A DNA stretch of 64,000 nt from the human T2T-CHM13v2.0 reference genome, Homo sapiens: NCBI RefSeq assembly GCF_009914755.1, contig NC_060935.1; one strand, written 5' to 3'. Both the position numbers and the translations under genes were made by a program. The notes beneath the pieces are model-generated. The model made no database searches, had not been told where the DNA came from, and saw only the letters and a program-made list of their open reading frames with translations. Below, piece after piece: positions 61,290 to 64,000 of the stretch. The first letter of the stretch is position 1, and every line of letters begins with the position of its first letter.

Positions 61290-62284
61290 AGAGTGTGATG
61301 TCCAGCTTCCAAATGGGAACCTTTGTAGCACCAGTGACAAAAAAGAGAATTAAATATAGGTGATGCTGAGAAAGGCAAGAAGACTTTTGTTGAGGAGTGT
61401 GTCCAGTGCCACACCATGGAAAAGGGAGGCTAGCACAAGACTGCGTCAAATCTTCACGGTATCTTTGGGCAGAAGACAGATCAGGATGCTGGATTCTCTT
61501 ACACAGATGCCAATAAGAATAAAGGTACCACCTAGGGAGAGGATGATGTACTCACTGATGGAGTATTTGGAGAATCCCAAGAAGTATATCCCTGGAACAA
61601 AAATGAGCTTCACCAGCATTAAGAAGAAAGGCAGAAAGGGTAGGCTTGATAGCTTATCTCAAAAAAGCTGCTATGGAGTAAGAATTGGCCACTGCCTTAT
61701 TTATTACAAAACAGAAATGTCTCATAACTTTTTTATGTATATTATAAGTTAATAGATTTCATAAACCAGAATTCAGATCATAAATGACAGAATATTTTTT
61801 GATGAGCAGTCCTGGTTTAACTAAAACTGACTTGTGGTTAAATGAATATGCTTGCCTTTTTAAATTGTAAAAGTAGTTCTGATTCAGTAAATGCTATCAC
61901 GGTTTTCCACTTCTAAAGAGAGGATTGAACTTCGCTGGTAATGTTCAAATGTTCACAAAGATGGTGAATGCCATCTTAAAAATCTATTGGAAATTGGTTT
62001 TATATTTAGATTTATGTAACTGGTTATACGAATATATTTAAATACTGGGGAAATTCCTTCCCTATCTCGGAACCAAGCAAGATTCATCTGTGCTTTGTGT
62101 TCATTTGCCTCTTAAAGGCAAGGGCTGAAGATGAGATAGCAATGTCTACTTTACATTTTTGGTCTTAACTGTGCCAGTCTAATTAGAATTCCCTGTATCT
62201 AAAATGGTTTCTGTTACTCATTGAAAGGCATTTTAGTGTGGTTTATGTGTAATATCAAATAAAGAATATTTAACACTTAAAAAA
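61290..62284 (+). pseudogene. CYCSP28: Cytochrome c (CYCS) processed pseudogene; former CDS 61356-61681 (number CYCSP28 is from memory of the locus)
   Basis: Intronless [40 protein letters not shown]. Start ATG>ATA, TAG at 61431 and 61533, net +8 nt of insertions. 5'UTR, ~600-nt 3'UTR, AATAAA ~62258, short A tail, degenerate TSD aaaaa(g/t)ta(g/c)a(g/c)ctaga. Confidence 0.93.
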
Positions 62285-64000
62285 TTACACCTAGATAGGA
62301 GAAGTAAGTTCTAGTGTTTTGCAGCACAGTACAGGGTGACTATGGTTAACAATTTAGGGCATACTTTCAAAAAGCTGGAAGAGAGGATTTTGAATGTTCA
62401 CAACACAAAGACATGATAAATGCTTGAGGTGATAAATATGCTAATTACCCTGATTTGTTCATTACACATTTATTGAAATATCACTCTGTGTCCCATAAAT
62501 ATGTATAATTATCCTGTGCCAATTAAAAATAAAAGAAAAAAAGAAATGGTTTGCTGAAGCAAATGCTGAGGATTTTTAAAAGAGAAAATAAGTGTTTATT
62601 TTTGTTGTTTATGCCAGGGCGTGTTGTGGTTCGATCAATGTTGTTTATTTATTCCTTTGAATTGTTGGACAATGTCACTTCTAGGCTTCTGTTGTTGTAT
62701 ATTAGAGAATGTGGACTATCCAAATGTATAATTCTCACTAGTAATGAAATCCACCATACACTGGAACTTACTATTATTTTATTGAAGCTAGAGTTGTTGG
62801 CTGGTTTCTTTGGAATTTATGCAGATGATTTGTACTTGTAAGGAAGTACTAGAAATGCTTCTCAGAAATACGCAGCACTTGAGTTCAATACTAGCACTTT
62901 AATTTCATCTATGGAAAGAGAAGTGTGTACTTTACTGAGTCATAGGAGGTAGTAGGATGGATGAGATTCTCCTACAAAACTACAACTGGAGAGGTCTGGA
63001 ACAAGGAGAACTTTGCATTATTTCTTGAAGCTTTGCTATTTCTTTATTCACTTCGTTTCCTGAAGAGCAAAGCTTTGGAATCAAACAAATATTGGTCCTC
63101 CACCAACTGTGTTTGTGCCTTTGGGCAGGTAAATTCATTTCTCTGGGCCTCAGTTAGGGTTTTTCAAAGATTCATTAAGATGTTATTTATAAAGTGCCCT
63201 GTCCAGGGCCTGGTGCAGAGTTGGCTCTCAAGTAATGGAAGCTATTTTTATTATTCTTTAAATTTATTTGTTTCCTTATAGGCTTTCAAATTCCGGATCT
63301 CCTAGGATAGTTACATACGCGCTATCTGTTGGAACTTGTAGAATTTTCTCCTGTCCGAAGTGGAGTTGCAGATTCTCAACCCCTGAATTTTCTCAAGAAT
63401 GAAGGGAACTGACAGGAAGTAGATATGATATCTTCATGAATAAATGATTCTAGGTGAGGAATAAACCTTGTTTTATGAGGAACAAAACTATACCAGCAAG
63501 CATATCTCCCCCATTTCTTCTTTACCCAGTCAGCTCTATTCATTCTCCAAACCCAGGTCACTATCGTCTTCTAAAGGTCTTTATTGTCCTCACCAGCCCT
63601 TCCCTGAATTTCAGTGCCATCCTCAGTACTCCTAAGAGACATCTCCAGGGATCAGCGTCATGTTGTATTTTATGACTGGTGGCCCTGGAGTTATTCTATA
63701 GGTGGTCCTTCTTGACAAGGGAAGGTGGCTTTACATGAATTAAAACCATCTGTTCTCATCTTTGTATTCCTGTCTAATGGGGAGCTCTTTAAATGGAAAG
63801 GAATACATTCAATTTTTTATCCCCTAGTGCTTAACACAGTGCCTGGAACATTGTCTATGGAAAACATGAGTGATGGATGAATGAATGAAAATCTGCAGTA
63901 AGATACATTCAGGACTATGTAATAAATATTCTTTTTCATCATTCACTGTTCTCTATCATGTCTGCATCTCCTCCAATTACTGCTGACGGCACGGCAATCT

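Larger units (their letters stand above)
60697..62543 (+). mobile_element. L1MA 3' end, interrupted by THE1 and the CYCS retrocopy
   Basis: gaaggacattatgttaagtgaa...; resumes ctagataggagaagtaagttctagtg...aattaaaaataaaa. Confidence 0.8.

Noticed and set aside
61360-61752. 130-aa ORF containing [17 protein letters not shown] as a new protein
   Set aside because: A frameshift chimera of the pseudogene; only ~25 residues are in the cytochrome c frame and the CxxCH heme motif is out of frame.

Overview
Human (primate) genomic DNA, most likely chr11q14.1. The left third holds the 5' part of CCDC90B (MCUR1-paralogue mitochondrial coiled-coil protein) on the minus strand. Seven coding exons (18424->6098) splice through GT-AG junctions into a continuous 198-codon frame; the last exons lie left of the window, beyond an antisense L1PA element in intron 7. 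A CpG island at ~18.05-19.0 kb with several ZNF143/THAP11-type ACTAC...CCCAG motifs looks like a bidirectional promoter, probably also driving the CCDC90B-AS1 lncRNA on the plus strand. The remaining ~45 kb has no protein-coding gene and is dominated by repeats: about 18 Alus, several L1s, a near-full-length Tigger1, MER/MLT/THE1 elements, a full-length SVA, and a cytochrome c processed pseudogene. I see no convincing new biological system. The best leads are: an in-frame alternative first exon that swaps the CCDC90B mitochondrial presequence; an SVA plus Alu bracketed by one 15-bp TSD (3' transduction or reuse of one target site); a possible L1 antisense polyA site that would truncate CCDC90B; a locally duplicated Tigger1 piece; and ancestral residues preserved in the CYCS pseudogene. 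Gene and repeat names come from recognition, not from a database search.
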